Source of the DNA: an uncultured Tepidisphaeraceae bacterium
GTDB taxonomy: Bacteria > Planctomycetota > Phycisphaerae > Tepidisphaerales > Tepidisphaeraceae
DNA length: 23,872 bases
NCBI GenBank assembly: GCA_964451955.1
Contig: CAYVKG010000023.1
Coordinates: 28,455 to 52,326 of the forward strand
Direction of reading: 5' to 3'
The notes under the pieces: model-generated
Seen by the model: the letters and a program-made list of their open reading frames with translations, nothing else
Told to the model about the DNA's origin: nothing
Databases searched by the model: none
Made by a program: the position numbers and the translations under genes
Shown here: piece after piece, positions 1 to 8,711 of the stretch
How positions within the stretch are numbered: position 1 is the stretch's first letter
Layout of the letters: each line of letters opens with the position of its first letter

Positions 1-296
1 CGAGCCCGGTCTTCAGAAAGATACGACGCGAGAAGTGGTTGGCCATGCGATATCCTCCGTCAAGCTGGCGATGGTCGAAAAAGCAGGAGTCTCAACCGGA
101 CGGGCACTCGCCGTCGGCGAACTCGGCTACCGTTGATACCGGAGTGGATATGGGGCGTTGTCGATTGCGTCAAGCATGATGACAACCCACTATATTCGTC
201 GGGGTGCATTATAACAGGCAGTTGCTTGCGAGGAGGTGGCCGGGGGCTATAGTGGTTTCGGGTCGGTTGATCGTCGTCTCGAAACGGAATAGCGCC

Positions 297-1022
297 ATGA
301 CGACGGAACTGCTGTTGACTTGGTGGAACCTGATATTCATCGTGCCGTTCTTATTGGCGGTGGTATATCTGGGGTTCTACGCGGTCAGCGGGATCACGTT
401 TGGCGAATCGGGCGTCGACGTGGATGCGGACGTTGACGCGGACGGGGATCTTGGCGCGGACGGAGCCGTTGACGCGGATGCAGATGCGGGCGCCCATGCC
501 GAGGCGGGTGTTCATGTTGTGGGGCACCCGGGAGGCGATTCACCCGTTCCGGCGTATTTGTCGGTGCTAACCTGGTTGGGACTGGGACGAGTGCCCTTGA
601 GCATCCTGTTGATGGTCCTGATGCTGAGTTGGGGCGCAGCGGGATTCATCACGAACGCGTTGCTGGTTCGTTCGTTTGATCATGCGTATATCCCGCCGAT
701 TTCACTGCCGGTGGCGGGTTTGTCGTGCCTGGTGTTTACCTCATGCTTTGCTCGGCTGATCGGAAGATATGCGCCGTTGAGCGAAACGTATGCGAGGCGG
801 CGACACGAATTGCTGGGTTTGGTGGGGGAGGCGATTTTCCCGATCGACAGCACATTTGGCATGGTCACGGTGCGCGATGACCGCGGCGAACGGTTTGACC
901 TGCCCTGCCGGACGTCCGAGGACTCGCCGGCGATAGCCAAAGGTGAGCGTGTTCGGCTTGTCGGATACAGCGCCAAGCGGCGACTGTTCTACGTGGTGCG
1001 GGAGACACTGAGCCGCGGTTGA
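297..1022 (+). CDS. NfeD-like inner-membrane protein (YqiJ family), partner of flotillin
   Basis: ATG at 297 gives MTTELLLTWWNLIFIVPFLLAVVYLGFYAV, two N-terminal TM helices, further TM helices, and a C-terminal OB-fold-like soluble tail (LVGEAIFPIDSTFGMVTVRDDRGERFDLP...VRLVGYSAKRRLFYV). Sits 31 nt upstream of a flotillin gene, the classic yqiJ-yqiK arrangement. The six-frame ORF begins at GTG 204, but the ATG at 297 matches family N-termini better. Confidence 0.7.
   Translation: MTTELLLTWWNLIFIVPFLLAVVYLGFYAVSGITFGESGVDVDADVDADGDLGADGAVDADADAGAHAEAGVHVVGHPGGDSPVPAYLSVLTWLGLGRVPLSILLMVLMLSWGAAGFITNALLVRSFDHAYIPPISLPVAGLSCLVFTSCFARLIGRYAPLSETYARRRHELLGLVGEAIFPIDSTFGMVTVRDDRGERFDLPCRTSEDSPAIAKGERVRLVGYSAKRRLFYVVRETLSRG
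412..495 (+). repeat. Imperfect 12-nt tandem repeats (GAC-GYG-GAY-GCG) encoding an acidic DVDADVDADGD...VDADADAG loop in the NfeD-like protein
   Basis: Directly visible: gacgtggatgcg / gacgttgacgcg / gacggggat... / gttgacgcg / gatgcagatgcg. Translation is an Asp/Ala low-complexity stretch between TM segments. Confidence 0.55.
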
Positions 1023-1053
1023 GGCGATTGAATGAGGAAGGAGCGAGGTTGCC

Positions 1054-2952
1054 ATGGTGTTTTTCTTGTTCTTTGTCATTGGCGCCGGGATGGCGATTGC
1101 TCCGTGGTGCATCCCCACGTGGGAGGACACCTACGCCAAGAGCCTGTTGACGGTGATCGGCACTGTTCTGGTGGTGCTTGTGGGCATCCTGTCGATGATC
1201 ACGCGGCTGTACCGTAAGGCGTCGGCGAACATGGCGTTTGTCCGGACGGGCATGGGCGGAGCCCGCGTGATCAAGGATGGCGGGACGATCGTTCTGCCCG
1301 TCGTGCACCAGGTGATCCCCGTTTCGCTGGAGACGATGCGGCTGAAGGTCGAGCGCGAAGGCGAACACGCGCTGATTACCAAGGACAACCTTCGCGTGGA
1401 CCTGTCGGCGGAGTTTTACATCAAAGTTCAGGCGAACACGGACGACATTTTGCAGGCGGCCCGGTCGCTGGGCGGGCGAAACGTGCAGCCGGAGGCGGTT
1501 TCGGAACTGGTGCAGGAGAAGCTCGTCAGCGCCCTGCGAACGGTGGCGGCGACGAAGGATCTGGTTGAGCTGCACGCGAAGCGAGACGAATTTGCCTCGG
1601 CGGTGCAGGCGATTGTGACGCACGACTTGGCGTCAAACGGCCTGACGCTGGAGTCGGTGACGATATCGAGTCTGGACCAGACAGACCCGACCCAGTTGCA
1701 GGAGCGGAATGTTTTCGACGCGCAGGGATTGAGGAAGATCGCCGAGATCACGCAGAAGGCGAGGGTGGAGCGCAACGAGATCGAGCGAGAGGCGGAGCGG
1801 GAGGTGGTTCAGAAGAACGTCGATACGCGGAAGAAGATGCTCGATCTTGAGCGAGACCAGGCGGAGTTTGAGGCGGATCAGAAGATGAAGGTGGCGAATG
1901 TGCGAGCCGCCAGGGAGCGCGAGGTGGCGGAGTTCAAGATCGCTCAGGATGAAGCGGTGGCCAAACGCGACATTGAGAAGATGCGCACGATCGAAACATC
2001 AGAAGTCGATCGTACGCTCGCGGTGGAGCAGGCGCAGATCGCGAAACAGATTGCGTTGATTGCGAAGCAGAAGGAGCAGGAGACCGCGCAGATTCTCAAG
2101 AAGCAGGCCGTCGATGTCGCCGACCGGGCCAAGGAAGTGGCGGTTGCCCAGAAGGAGCAGGAGCGAGCGGCGGCCCAGGCGGCGATGCTCGCGGCGGAGG
2201 CGCAGCGGGAACAGGCGAAGCAGAGCGTCTTGACGGTGCAGGTGACGGCGGAGGCGGCTCGCGAGGCAGAGAAGAAGCTGATTGCCGCCAAGCAGGGCAT
2301 TCAGGAAGACAAGATCCGTCAGGAGACGACCGCGGATGTGGCGGCCTATTCCGCGGTCAAGCAGGCCGAAGGGGAGCGCAAAGCCGCCGACATGCAGTAC
2401 GAGGCGAAGTTGCGTCTGGCGGAGGGCGATGCGCAGGCCAATATTCGGCGCGCCGATGGCGAGAAGGCCATCAAGATGGTGGATGTCACGGTGGAGCGTG
2501 AAAAGGTCAACGTGGAACAAGCTCGCGTGGATGTGGAACGGCAGAGCCTGTCGAACAAGCAGGAGTTTGACCAGGCCGCGCTGAAATTCGAGCTGGAGAA
2601 ACTGCGGATCGAGGCCGAGAAGGAAGTTCGCGTGCAGGCGGCGATTTCGATGGGGAACATGCTCGCCAAGGCGAATCTCCAGATCTTCGGCGACCCCGAG
2701 ACGATGGCCAAGATGTCGGAGCGATTCCTCCGAGCCGCCAGTTGGGGATCGGCCGCGGAAGGGCTTGTTTCTCACCTTCCGCCGGAAGTGAAAGCAATGT
2801 TGGGGAAGCTCGGCGAGGCTGTGGCCGGAACGGTTGTGCCGGCGTCGGCTGGGGACGGTAACGACAAGGTTGCCGGTCCGGTTGCCACGCCGCTGTCCGT
2901 AGCGGATGCCCCGGATTCACCCGCCCCGGCTCCAGGAAAGAAACGGACGTAA
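1054..2952 (+). CDS. Flotillin-like SPFH/band-7 domain protein (YqiK/FloT-like), 632 aa
   Basis: N-terminal TM helix, SPFH domain (MAFVRTGMGGARVIKDGGTIVLPVVHQVIP...), then a very long EA/KQ-rich coiled-coil (EREAEREVVQK..., AQKEQERAAAQAAMLAAEAQREQAKQ). RBS GGAAGGAG lies 8-16 nt upstream of the ATG. Confidence 0.88.
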   Translation: MVFFLFFVIGAGMAIAPWCIPTWEDTYAKSLLTVIGTVLVVLVGILSMITRLYRKASANMAFVRTGMGGARVIKDGGTIVLPVVHQVIPVSLETMRLKVEREGEHALITKDNLRVDLSAEFYIKVQANTDDILQAARSLGGRNVQPEAVSELVQEKLVSALRTVAATKDLVELHAKRDEFASAVQAIVTHDLASNGLTLESVTISSLDQTDPTQLQERNVFDAQGLRKIAEITQKARVERNEIEREAEREVVQKNVDTRKKMLDLERDQAEFEADQKMKVANVRAAREREVAEFKIAQDEAVAKRDIEKMRTIETSEVDRTLAVEQAQIAKQIALIAKQKEQETAQILKKQAVDVADRAKEVAVAQKEQERAAAQAAMLAAEAQREQAKQSVLTVQVTAEAAREAEKKLIAAKQGIQEDKIRQETTADVAAYSAVKQAEGERKAADMQYEAKLRLAEGDAQANIRRADGEKAIKMVDVTVEREKVNVEQARVDVERQSLSNKQEFDQAALKFELEKLRIEAEKEVRVQAAISMGNMLAKANLQIFGDPETMAKMSERFLRAASWGSAAEGLVSHLPPEVKAMLGKLGEAVAGTVVPASAGDGNDKVAGPVATPLSVADAPDSPAPAPGKKRT

Positions 2953-3005
2953 GGAATCGGCAGGAGGACTGGCCAGTGCCATGGTCGTATGACTTGAGGT
3001 GAAGG

Positions 3006-3437
3006 ATGTCGTGGACGCTGCGTGGAGATCTCGAATTGTTCGGCATTGAGCTGCCCGAGAAGTTGGCGCTGGACGACTGGATTGCCAGGGTGAGGCGCAA
3101 GCCGTGCACGAGCGTCATGTCCCTGGTGGCTGTGTCGGGGGGCCTGTTCTATCGTTTGGAAAAAGGCCGAAATCCGAAGGTCAACGACATCTATGATGCG
3201 ATGATCTACACCTCGACCTGCCTGTCGGTGGGATACTCGAACATTCTGGCCTGCACGCCCGCAGGCAAACTTCTGGGGACGTTCCTGATAACGCTGGGCC
3301 CAGCGCTGGCGGCCAGGGCGCTGGACGGCAGCGCGGAGACACGGCCGGCTTCCGAGGCCATGCAAGCGGAGGTTGTCGAGGCATTGCGGCAGCTCCTGCA
3401 GAAGATTGAGGGTTGCTCTGTTGGCGAAGGTCGTTAG
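3006..3437 (+). CDS. Minimal two-TM potassium-channel-like pore protein (KcsA-like, Ion_trans_2-type) with non-canonical filter SVGYS
   Basis: TM1 (CTSVMSLVAVSGGLFYRL), pore helix plus filter (IYDAMIYTSTCLSVGYSNI, aligning to KcsA LWWSVETATTVGYGDL), TM2 (LLGTFLITLGPALAARAL), and a short cytoplasmic helical tail. RBS GAGGTGAAGG lies before the ATG. Sits 53 nt downstream of the flotillin stop. Confidence 0.6.
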   Translation: MSWTLRGDLELFGIELPEKLALDDWIARVRRKPCTSVMSLVAVSGGLFYRLEKGRNPKVNDIYDAMIYTSTCLSVGYSNILACTPAGKLLGTFLITLGPALAARALDGSAETRPASEAMQAEVVEALRQLLQKIEGCSVGEGR

Positions 3438-3565
3438 GCGGCGAGGTTCGCTGAGTTGGCACATCATTGTGGCCCTTGCGGAACCTCGCTCCAATCGCGT
3501 TGGTTCGTTGACTTCCCCTGCCATCCTCTCGCCTGCGGCCTCTCCACGATCCTATACTTGCAGAT

Positions 3566-4411
3566 ATGTTTGGCTCGCATCTCTCGATTGCAGGCGGTCT
3601 TCATAACGCTCTATCCGAGGCCTGCCGGCTGGGGATGGAGACGGTGCAGGTGTTCACGAAGAACCAGCAGCAGTGGAAGGTCCCGTCGCTGAGCGAGGAG
3701 GCGATCGCGCGGTGGCGATCCGAGTTGCGGCGAGTGCGATTCCGTAAGACGGCCAGCCACGCCAGCTACCTGATCAACCTGGCTTCGCCCGATGAATTGC
3801 TCTGGCGGCGCAGCATCGAGCTCTTCATCGAAGAGTTGCGCAGATGCGAGTTGCTGGGCATCGCCTATTGCGTCATCCATCCGGGCTCGCATATGGGTTT
3901 GGGGGAGGAATTCGGGATGAAGCGCGTTGTTGCCGCGCTCGACGTGGTCCATTCTGTGTTCCCGGCGGGGTCGGTTATGACGTGCCTGGAATCGACGGCG
4001 GGCCAAGGTTCCTCGATCGGCCATCGGCTGGAACAGCTTGCGGAGATCATATCGCGGTCGCGCTGTTCCGATCGTCTGGGCGTGTGCTTGGACACGGCGC
4101 ATCTTTTCGCAGGCGGCTACGATTTCCGTGGTCGCCGGTATGGCCATTTCAGAAAGGCGATCGGGCGGGTGGTCGGACTCAGGCAGGTCAAAGTGCTTCA
4201 CCTGAACGACTCGAAGAAGTCTCTGGGCAGCCGGGTGGATCGGCATGAGCACATTGGGCATGGCGCGATCGGCCTGGAGGGGTTTCGTCCATTCGTCCGC
4301 GATTCGCTCTGGGCGAGGGTGCCGAAGATACTGGAAACGCCAAAGGAGGAATCTCCCGATGGGCGTGACTGGGACACCGTGAACATCGAGACGCTGATGT
4401 CTCTCGCCTGA
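3566..4411 (+). CDS. nfo: Endonuclease IV (AP endonuclease, deoxyribonuclease IV)
   Basis: MFGSHLSIAGGLHNALSEA..., HASYLINLAS, HPGSH, LESTAGQGSSIG, HLND and HEHIGHGAIG motifs typical of the Nfo TIM-barrel metal-binding sites. About 280 aa. Confidence 0.92.
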   Translation: MFGSHLSIAGGLHNALSEACRLGMETVQVFTKNQQQWKVPSLSEEAIARWRSELRRVRFRKTASHASYLINLASPDELLWRRSIELFIEELRRCELLGIAYCVIHPGSHMGLGEEFGMKRVVAALDVVHSVFPAGSVMTCLESTAGQGSSIGHRLEQLAEIISRSRCSDRLGVCLDTAHLFAGGYDFRGRRYGHFRKAIGRVVGLRQVKVLHLNDSKKSLGSRVDRHEHIGHGAIGLEGFRPFVRDSLWARVPKILETPKEESPDGRDWDTVNIETLMSLA

Positions 4412-4438
4412 GAGGCAAACAGGGATGGCCGGCTGCTT

Positions 4439-6025
4439 CTACCTGCGCGAGCGGCCCGGAGAGGAAGCGCCGGCGTCACTGCGGCTGGCATTGCCGTTGG
4501 ATCGGGCGGGTGCACTGGGTTGCTCGAACCGGGGTGGCGGGCTGCTGGGACGTTCCACGCGCGAAGCCGGGGGGCTGCTCGGTCGCTCCATCCTGGGGGG
4601 CGGGCTGCTAGGCCGTTCTGCTCTGGATGTTGGTGGACTGCTGGGACGTTCCACTCGCGAAGCTGGGGGGCTGCTCGGTCGCTCCATCTTCGGGGGCGAG
4701 CTGCTTGGCCGTTCCGCCCTGGATGTTGCTGGGTTGCTGGGGCTCTCCACACGAGATGCTGGAGGGCTGCTGGGCGTTCGGGTGATTGGCCGCTCGATCT
4801 GTGCCGGGGCGGCAACGGGGCCGGGTGTCTGTCGCTGTGTCTTGGGAGCTGGGCTGAATGGTTGCTCGGTGCGAGATGACCGGCCGGTGTCGCTCGCGGA
4901 TCGGTTGGGGGCCGACGTTTCGCGTCTGTTCTCGGCTGCGCGACTTGACTCAACCGCACGCGCGGGCTTGACGTTGATGGCGGAGGTTCTGGAATCGGGT
5001 ATCTCTCGCCGGGGTCCGAGCCCCTTGGTGGTGTTGTCGTTGCCGGCCCTGATGACGTCGGTATTTCGTCGTCCCGGTCCATCGATGACGGGCGGGGCTT
5101 TTCGCGGGCCATCGCCATCCACTCTCCCTCGCGGGCGGTCATGGTCGTCTCGGCCCGGTCGGTGATCGTTGTCTCGGCGACCATCATACCGCCGGTCATG
5201 TGACCGGTCTCGCCCGTAATAGAATCCGAAACTGAACCACGAGGATCCCACATACGAGGGGTAATAGGTGGAACTATAGAGGTATGGCCATCCCCAGCAG
5301 GAATAGCGGTACCGATAAGGGTACACACAACCTGCATAATAGTAACCGGCGGTGATGTACGTCGGATAGTAGTAGGTGTACGCGGGCAGGTAGGTATCGA
5401 CGATCGAAACAGGCAGTTCGGGCCTGAGAGGCGGTTCCGTCGCTTCGAGGGGGGCGAGCGGTTGTGGGGCGGCTTCCCACGCGATCTGGTCGTCGAATTT
5501 GGGCTGGTCGGCGGCGGCCACTTTCCCTTCGTTCGGCCCCGGCAGGCCGAGGATCTGTCTGGCCTGATCGGCCAGCATATCTTCGAGCTCGAACAACTGG
5601 CGTTGGGATGCGGTTGCCTTGAGAAAACCGATCGGCTGTCCGGTGGCTAGGTCGAGAATCCGTCCGGTGACGCGAACCTCCGTGCTCACCACCTGGTAGC
5701 TGCCGACAACGAGGAGGTTCGCGCCTGCCTTGCGGCCTAGCTGAATCAGAGCCTTGTCGTCTATTGCCGGTGGTTCTGCCACCGGTCCGCGGACAGGGGG
5801 GGTGACAGTGATGTTTCCGACAAGCACAATGGAAGGTTGCTGTGCCAGCTCTGCTTGCAGATTCTGGGCAATGGCTTGGCCGATCCACTGGTTCTTCATC
5901 TCGTCGCCGAGCATGTGGAACGGCAGCACCATGATGGCAGTTCGAGGCGGGGCACCCGCTGGCTCGACGGCCCTAACCACGGAAACCACTGCCAATAAAG
6001 CGATTGTGGCAATTATGCGCGCCAT
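4439..6025 (-). CDS. Secreted low-complexity protein: signal peptide, TolB-N-like domain, Tyr-rich block, Arg/Asp/His-rich block, and C-terminal ERPSSPPxSR tandem repeats
   Basis: Start chosen at ATG 6025 (MARIIATIALLAVVSVVRAVEPAGA, a signal peptide), with GGAGG 6 nt upstream; the six-frame ORF extends further to 6232. The domain IMVLPFHMLGDEMKNQWIGQAIAQNLQAELAQQPSIVLVGN matches the IAVLPFxNxSxD...GLxExL pattern of TolB-N/FlgO-like periplasmic domains. This is followed by the Tyr-rich block YLPAYTYYYPTYITAGYYYAGCVYPYRYRY...FGFYYG, then the Arg/Asp/His-rich block RDRSHDRRYDGRRDNDHRPGRDDHDRPRGR, then a Pro/Ser-rich repeat tail. GC3 is much higher on the minus frame than on the overlapping plus frame. 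Confidence 0.6.
   Translation of the reverse strand: MARIIATIALLAVVSVVRAVEPAGAPPRTAIMVLPFHMLGDEMKNQWIGQAIAQNLQAELAQQPSIVLVGNITVTPPVRGPVAEPPAIDDKALIQLGRKAGANLLVVGSYQVVSTEVRVTGRILDLATGQPIGFLKATASQRQLFELEDMLADQARQILGLPGPNEGKVAAADQPKFDDQIAWEAAPQPLAPLEATEPPLRPELPVSIVDTYLPAYTYYYPTYITAGYYYAGCVYPYRYRYSCWGWPYLYSSTYYPSYVGSSWFSFGFYYGRDRSHDRRYDGRRDNDHRPGRDDHDRPRGRVDGDGPRKAPPVIDGPGRRNTDVIRAGNDNTTKGLGPRREIPDSRTSAINVKPARAVESSRAAENRRETSAPNRSASDTGRSSRTEQPFSPAPKTQRQTPGPVAAPAQIERPITRTPSSPPASRVESPSNPATSRAERPSSSPPKMERPSSPPASRVERPSSPPTSRAERPSSPPPRMERPSSPPASRVERPSSPPPRFEQPSAPARSNGNASRSDAGASSPGRSRR
4507..4792 (-). repeat. About 8 imperfect 33-nt tandem repeats encoding (V/A/M)ERPSSPP(A/T/P)SR units
   Basis: The DNA periodicity is directly visible (ggggggctgctcggtcgctccatc... 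recurring). It translates on the minus strand as ERPSSPPASRV ERPSSPPTSRA ERPSSPPPRM ERPSSPPASRV ERPSSPPPRF. Confidence 0.75.
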
Positions 6026-6046
6026 CGTAGCCTCCGCTGTGGGATC

Positions 6047-6052
6047 TACCAA
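6047..6052 (-). promoter_or_regulatory. Candidate -10 box TATAAT about 30 nt upstream of the repeat-protein start
   Basis: Minus-strand reading is ...cccaaagatggtcTATAATgttggtagatcccacagcggaggctacgATG. There is no convincing -35. Confidence 0.25.
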
Positions 6053-6164
6053 CATTATAGACCATCTTTGGGCTGAAAGGTTGGCGGAACTGATCGGAGG
6101 AAACGTTGATTCCTGTTGGCGTCTCGCGCCGGAGTGCGGTTGGCACCGGTATAGGGCCACCAGA

Positions 6165-7052
6165 TTATGGCTTCGCGGGCTCGGAAAGCCGCTCGATGAC
6201 TGTGAATAACGCCTGCGTTCCTGCTCTTCCATGCCCCGCTGCCTGTACTGCCCCGAACAGCTGATGAACGAGGCTGGAAGCGGGCAAGCACAGTCTCATC
6301 TCCTGTGCCGTCTGCATGACCAATCTGAGGTCTTTCTGCATGAGGTCGACCATGAATCCCGGGGCATAATCGCCAGCGATCATCTTCGGGGCCAGGTTGG
6401 CCAGTTGCCAGGAATTTGCGGCTCCACCGGTGAGTACGGAGACGGTCTTGGCCAGGTCCAAACCGTTCTTGCGGGCGAATTCCATCGCTTCGCAGACAGC
6501 CAGATTGGTGACGGAGACGAGGATCTGGTTGACCAGTTTTGTGAGTTGCCCGTTGCCAGAGCGACCGCAATGGAGGATGGTCTTGCCCATCAACTCGAGG
6601 AGAGGCCGAACGGCGCTAAATGCGGATTCGTCGCCGCCGACCATGATCGACAGCGTGGCGTTCCGTGCCCCGACATCGCCGCCCGAGACAGGCGCATCGA
6701 GAAAACAAACGCTCCTGGCGTCCAGTTGATCGGCGATGGACCGCGTGGCCGAGGGGGAGATGGTTGAATGATCGACGACGATCATCCCCTTCGTGGCTGC
6801 CGCGATGATCCCCTCGGGACCAAGCACAACATGTTGCACGTCCGGGGTATCGGGAACGCAGACAAAGACGACGTCAGCGCCGGATGCGGCTTGGGCTGCG
6901 GTGGACGCCCATACGGCGCCCTGTGCCAGCAGCGGCTCTGCCTTGGCTTTCGTCCGGCTGTGGACCGTGAGACGGTGGCCCGCGGCCAACAGATGTCCAG
7001 CCATTGGGCTCCCCATGATGCCCAGACCGATGAACGCGAGATGTCTTGTCAT
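6165..7052 (-). CDS. NAD(P)-dependent 3-hydroxyisobutyrate dehydrogenase / tartronate semialdehyde reductase family oxidoreductase
   Basis: MTRHLAFIGLGIMGSPMAGHLLAAGH Rossmann GxGxxG motif, then ...DAPVSGG...GNGQ..K.. motifs of the HIBADH/GarR family. Start taken at ATG 7052; the longer ORF to 7229 has no family support. Confidence 0.8.
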   Translation of the reverse strand: MTRHLAFIGLGIMGSPMAGHLLAAGHRLTVHSRTKAKAEPLLAQGAVWASTAAQAASGADVVFVCVPDTPDVQHVVLGPEGIIAAATKGMIVVDHSTISPSATRSIADQLDARSVCFLDAPVSGGDVGARNATLSIMVGGDESAFSAVRPLLELMGKTILHCGRSGNGQLTKLVNQILVSVTNLAVCEAMEFARKNGLDLAKTVSVLTGGAANSWQLANLAPKMIAGDYAPGFMVDLMQKDLRLVMQTAQEMRLCLPASSLVHQLFGAVQAAGHGRAGTQALFTVIERLSEPAKP

Positions 7053-7156
7053 TGGTGTAAGGATAGTCGTAGGGACCGGCGCTGCAAACTGCTGGGTGTG
7101 CCGACAGGCTACCGGGGGCGAGGGAGCAGGACGCGGGATCAGAAAAAAGACAAGAG

Positions 7157-8428
7157 CTACTTCCTGAACTCCACAAGCAGCAGGATAACGTTGATCAGAA
7201 CGGAGACAGCGAGTGCCGCCAGCACCCATACGATGAAGGTCGAATTGTTCCAGAATTCGCGTTGCGATTCCCCCGGCGTGAGATCGACGGTCTTGCCGGT
7301 CTCTTCGATTTTGGCGAGCGTGTCGATGTTGACATCACGCCTGGCATGGATGGGCGCCTCGCCTCTGCGAACGGCCTCAAGATCCTCGAGCATGTCTTTC
7401 GTGGAGGCGTACCGGTCTTCGCGGCGCTTGGCCATCGCCACTTCGACAATCTCCGAGATCCCGGCGGACAAGGCGGTGTTGAGATGATCGGGGGGGATGA
7501 GGGGCTCTTTCAGGTGCTTGTGCATGACGGCCGTCGGGGTCTCGGCCTCGAAGGGTGTTCGTCCCGTCACCAGGTGGTAAAGCGTGGCGCCGAGCGAGTA
7601 GATGTCTGATCGAAAATCGATGTCTACCTCGCCCCGGATTTGCTCTGGGGAAATATAGTAAGGGGTCCCGTAGGCCTTCCCGGCTTCGCTTTCGGCGGCT
7701 CCTTTGTCGTCCATCGCACGGGCCAGACCGAGGTCGGTGAGCTTGGCAACGCCCTTCGGGGTGAGGATGATGTTCTTCGGCTTCACGTCACGGTGAATCA
7801 GGCCGCGCTCGTGTGCATGGGCCAGTGCGCCGGCGATCTGGATCATGATGTCGAGCGCTTCGGGCTCGGAAAATGCCCGACCCTCGCCTACGGGGGGCGG
7901 CTGCATGATGTCGTAAAGCGTCTTGCCTTCCACATACTCCATGACGAAGTAGTGATACCCCTCGGGAGAATAGCCGACGTCGTAGGCCTGAACGATGTTG
8001 TTATGTGAGAGCCTGGCAGCGGCACGTCCTTCCTTGTAGAACCGCTCGACGAACTCGGTGTTGTCATTCATTCGCTTCGGAAGGACCTTGATGGCGACGA
8101 TTCGGTCAAGCGATTCCTGCTTGGCCTTGAAGACCTTGGCCATCGCGCCCTTGCCCAAGACGTCCAGCAGCCGATAACCCGGAATCTGGTTGCGTCGCCG
8201 ATCGTCGAGTTGGGACCGGATGCGTTTGGCCTGGTTAACCGTAATGAAAGAGTGCTCAATCAGGACGTCGGCCAAGCTGCGTTGGTTGGGGTCGGAGGAT
8301 TGCTTCTGTTGCTCTCGGCAGAACTCGACTTCAGTCTTGGTCGCCAAACCCAAGTCGACGACGACCTTGCCGACCTCGCTATCGAGGCTGGAGTTCAAAC
8401 CACTGGCGTAGCTGTCAGACTGTGCCAT
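7157..8428 (-). CDS. Membrane-anchored Ser/Thr protein kinase with an N-terminal GspE-N-like region
   Basis: Hanks kinase motifs: GKGAMAKVFKA...AIKVL (ATP lysine), HRDVKPKNIIL (catalytic loop), DLGLA (DFG variant), GTPYYISPE (activation loop). C-terminal TM helix FIVWVLAALAVSVLINVILLLV. Start at ATG 8428, with AGGAA upstream. Confidence 0.85.
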   Translation of the reverse strand: MAQSDSYASGLNSSLDSEVGKVVVDLGLATKTEVEFCREQQKQSSDPNQRSLADVLIEHSFITVNQAKRIRSQLDDRRRNQIPGYRLLDVLGKGAMAKVFKAKQESLDRIVAIKVLPKRMNDNTEFVERFYKEGRAAARLSHNNIVQAYDVGYSPEGYHYFVMEYVEGKTLYDIMQPPPVGEGRAFSEPEALDIMIQIAGALAHAHERGLIHRDVKPKNIILTPKGVAKLTDLGLARAMDDKGAAESEAGKAYGTPYYISPEQIRGEVDIDFRSDIYSLGATLYHLVTGRTPFEAETPTAVMHKHLKEPLIPPDHLNTALSAGISEIVEVAMAKRREDRYASTKDMLEDLEAVRRGEAPIHARRDVNIDTLAKIEETGKTVDLTPGESQREFWNNSTFIVWVLAALAVSVLINVILLLVEFRK

Positions 8429-8711
8429 TTCCTGATTATCTATCGACAACAAAAGCCAACAGATCAAGTTACGATTTGCGCGGACGGTCCTCTGTGAAGC
8501 GTCTATGCACGCTATAGTTCATGTTACGTGGTGTCAAGCGATTCGGGGCAACATCCGCATCAAATCCGTGCAATACAACAGGTTCGAATGACAAAATCAC
8601 AGTTGAGTTCACCGCTTATGAAGAACAGACGCCACTGTTGTACGTTTCATTTCAACCGTTAACATTTGACATGAGCCGTCCAGCGTTTCTTGCCGCTGGA
8701 TTGAGATTGCC

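Noticed and set aside
204-296. GTG start at 204, extending the NfeD-like ORF by 31 codons
   Set aside because: The extension (MHYNRQLLARRWPGAIVVSGRLIVVSKRNSA) is basic and non-hydrophobic, unlike NfeD N-termini. ATG 297 begins directly at the first TM helix.
4507-4792. Possible CRISPR array, given the regular about 33-nt periodicity
   Set aside because: The repeats are contiguous, with no spacers. They are imperfect in a codon-wobble pattern, and they lie inside a long ORF. There are no cas genes nearby. This is a coding tandem repeat.
4425-5165. Plus-strand ORF encoding GGLLGRS(T/I/A) repeats across the 33-nt repeat array
   Set aside because: It is the mirror of the minus-strand repeat protein. 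The minus frame has markedly higher third-position GC, a signal peptide and a recognisable N-terminal domain. The plus ORF has none of these and starts in the nfo 3' flank without an RBS.
8576-8600. tRNA-like T-loop motif GGTTCGAAT in the kinase-recJ intergenic region
   Set aside because: There is no flanking acceptor-stem complementarity, no D/anticodon arm structure, and no 3' CCA context. This is an isolated chance match in an AT-richer promoter region.
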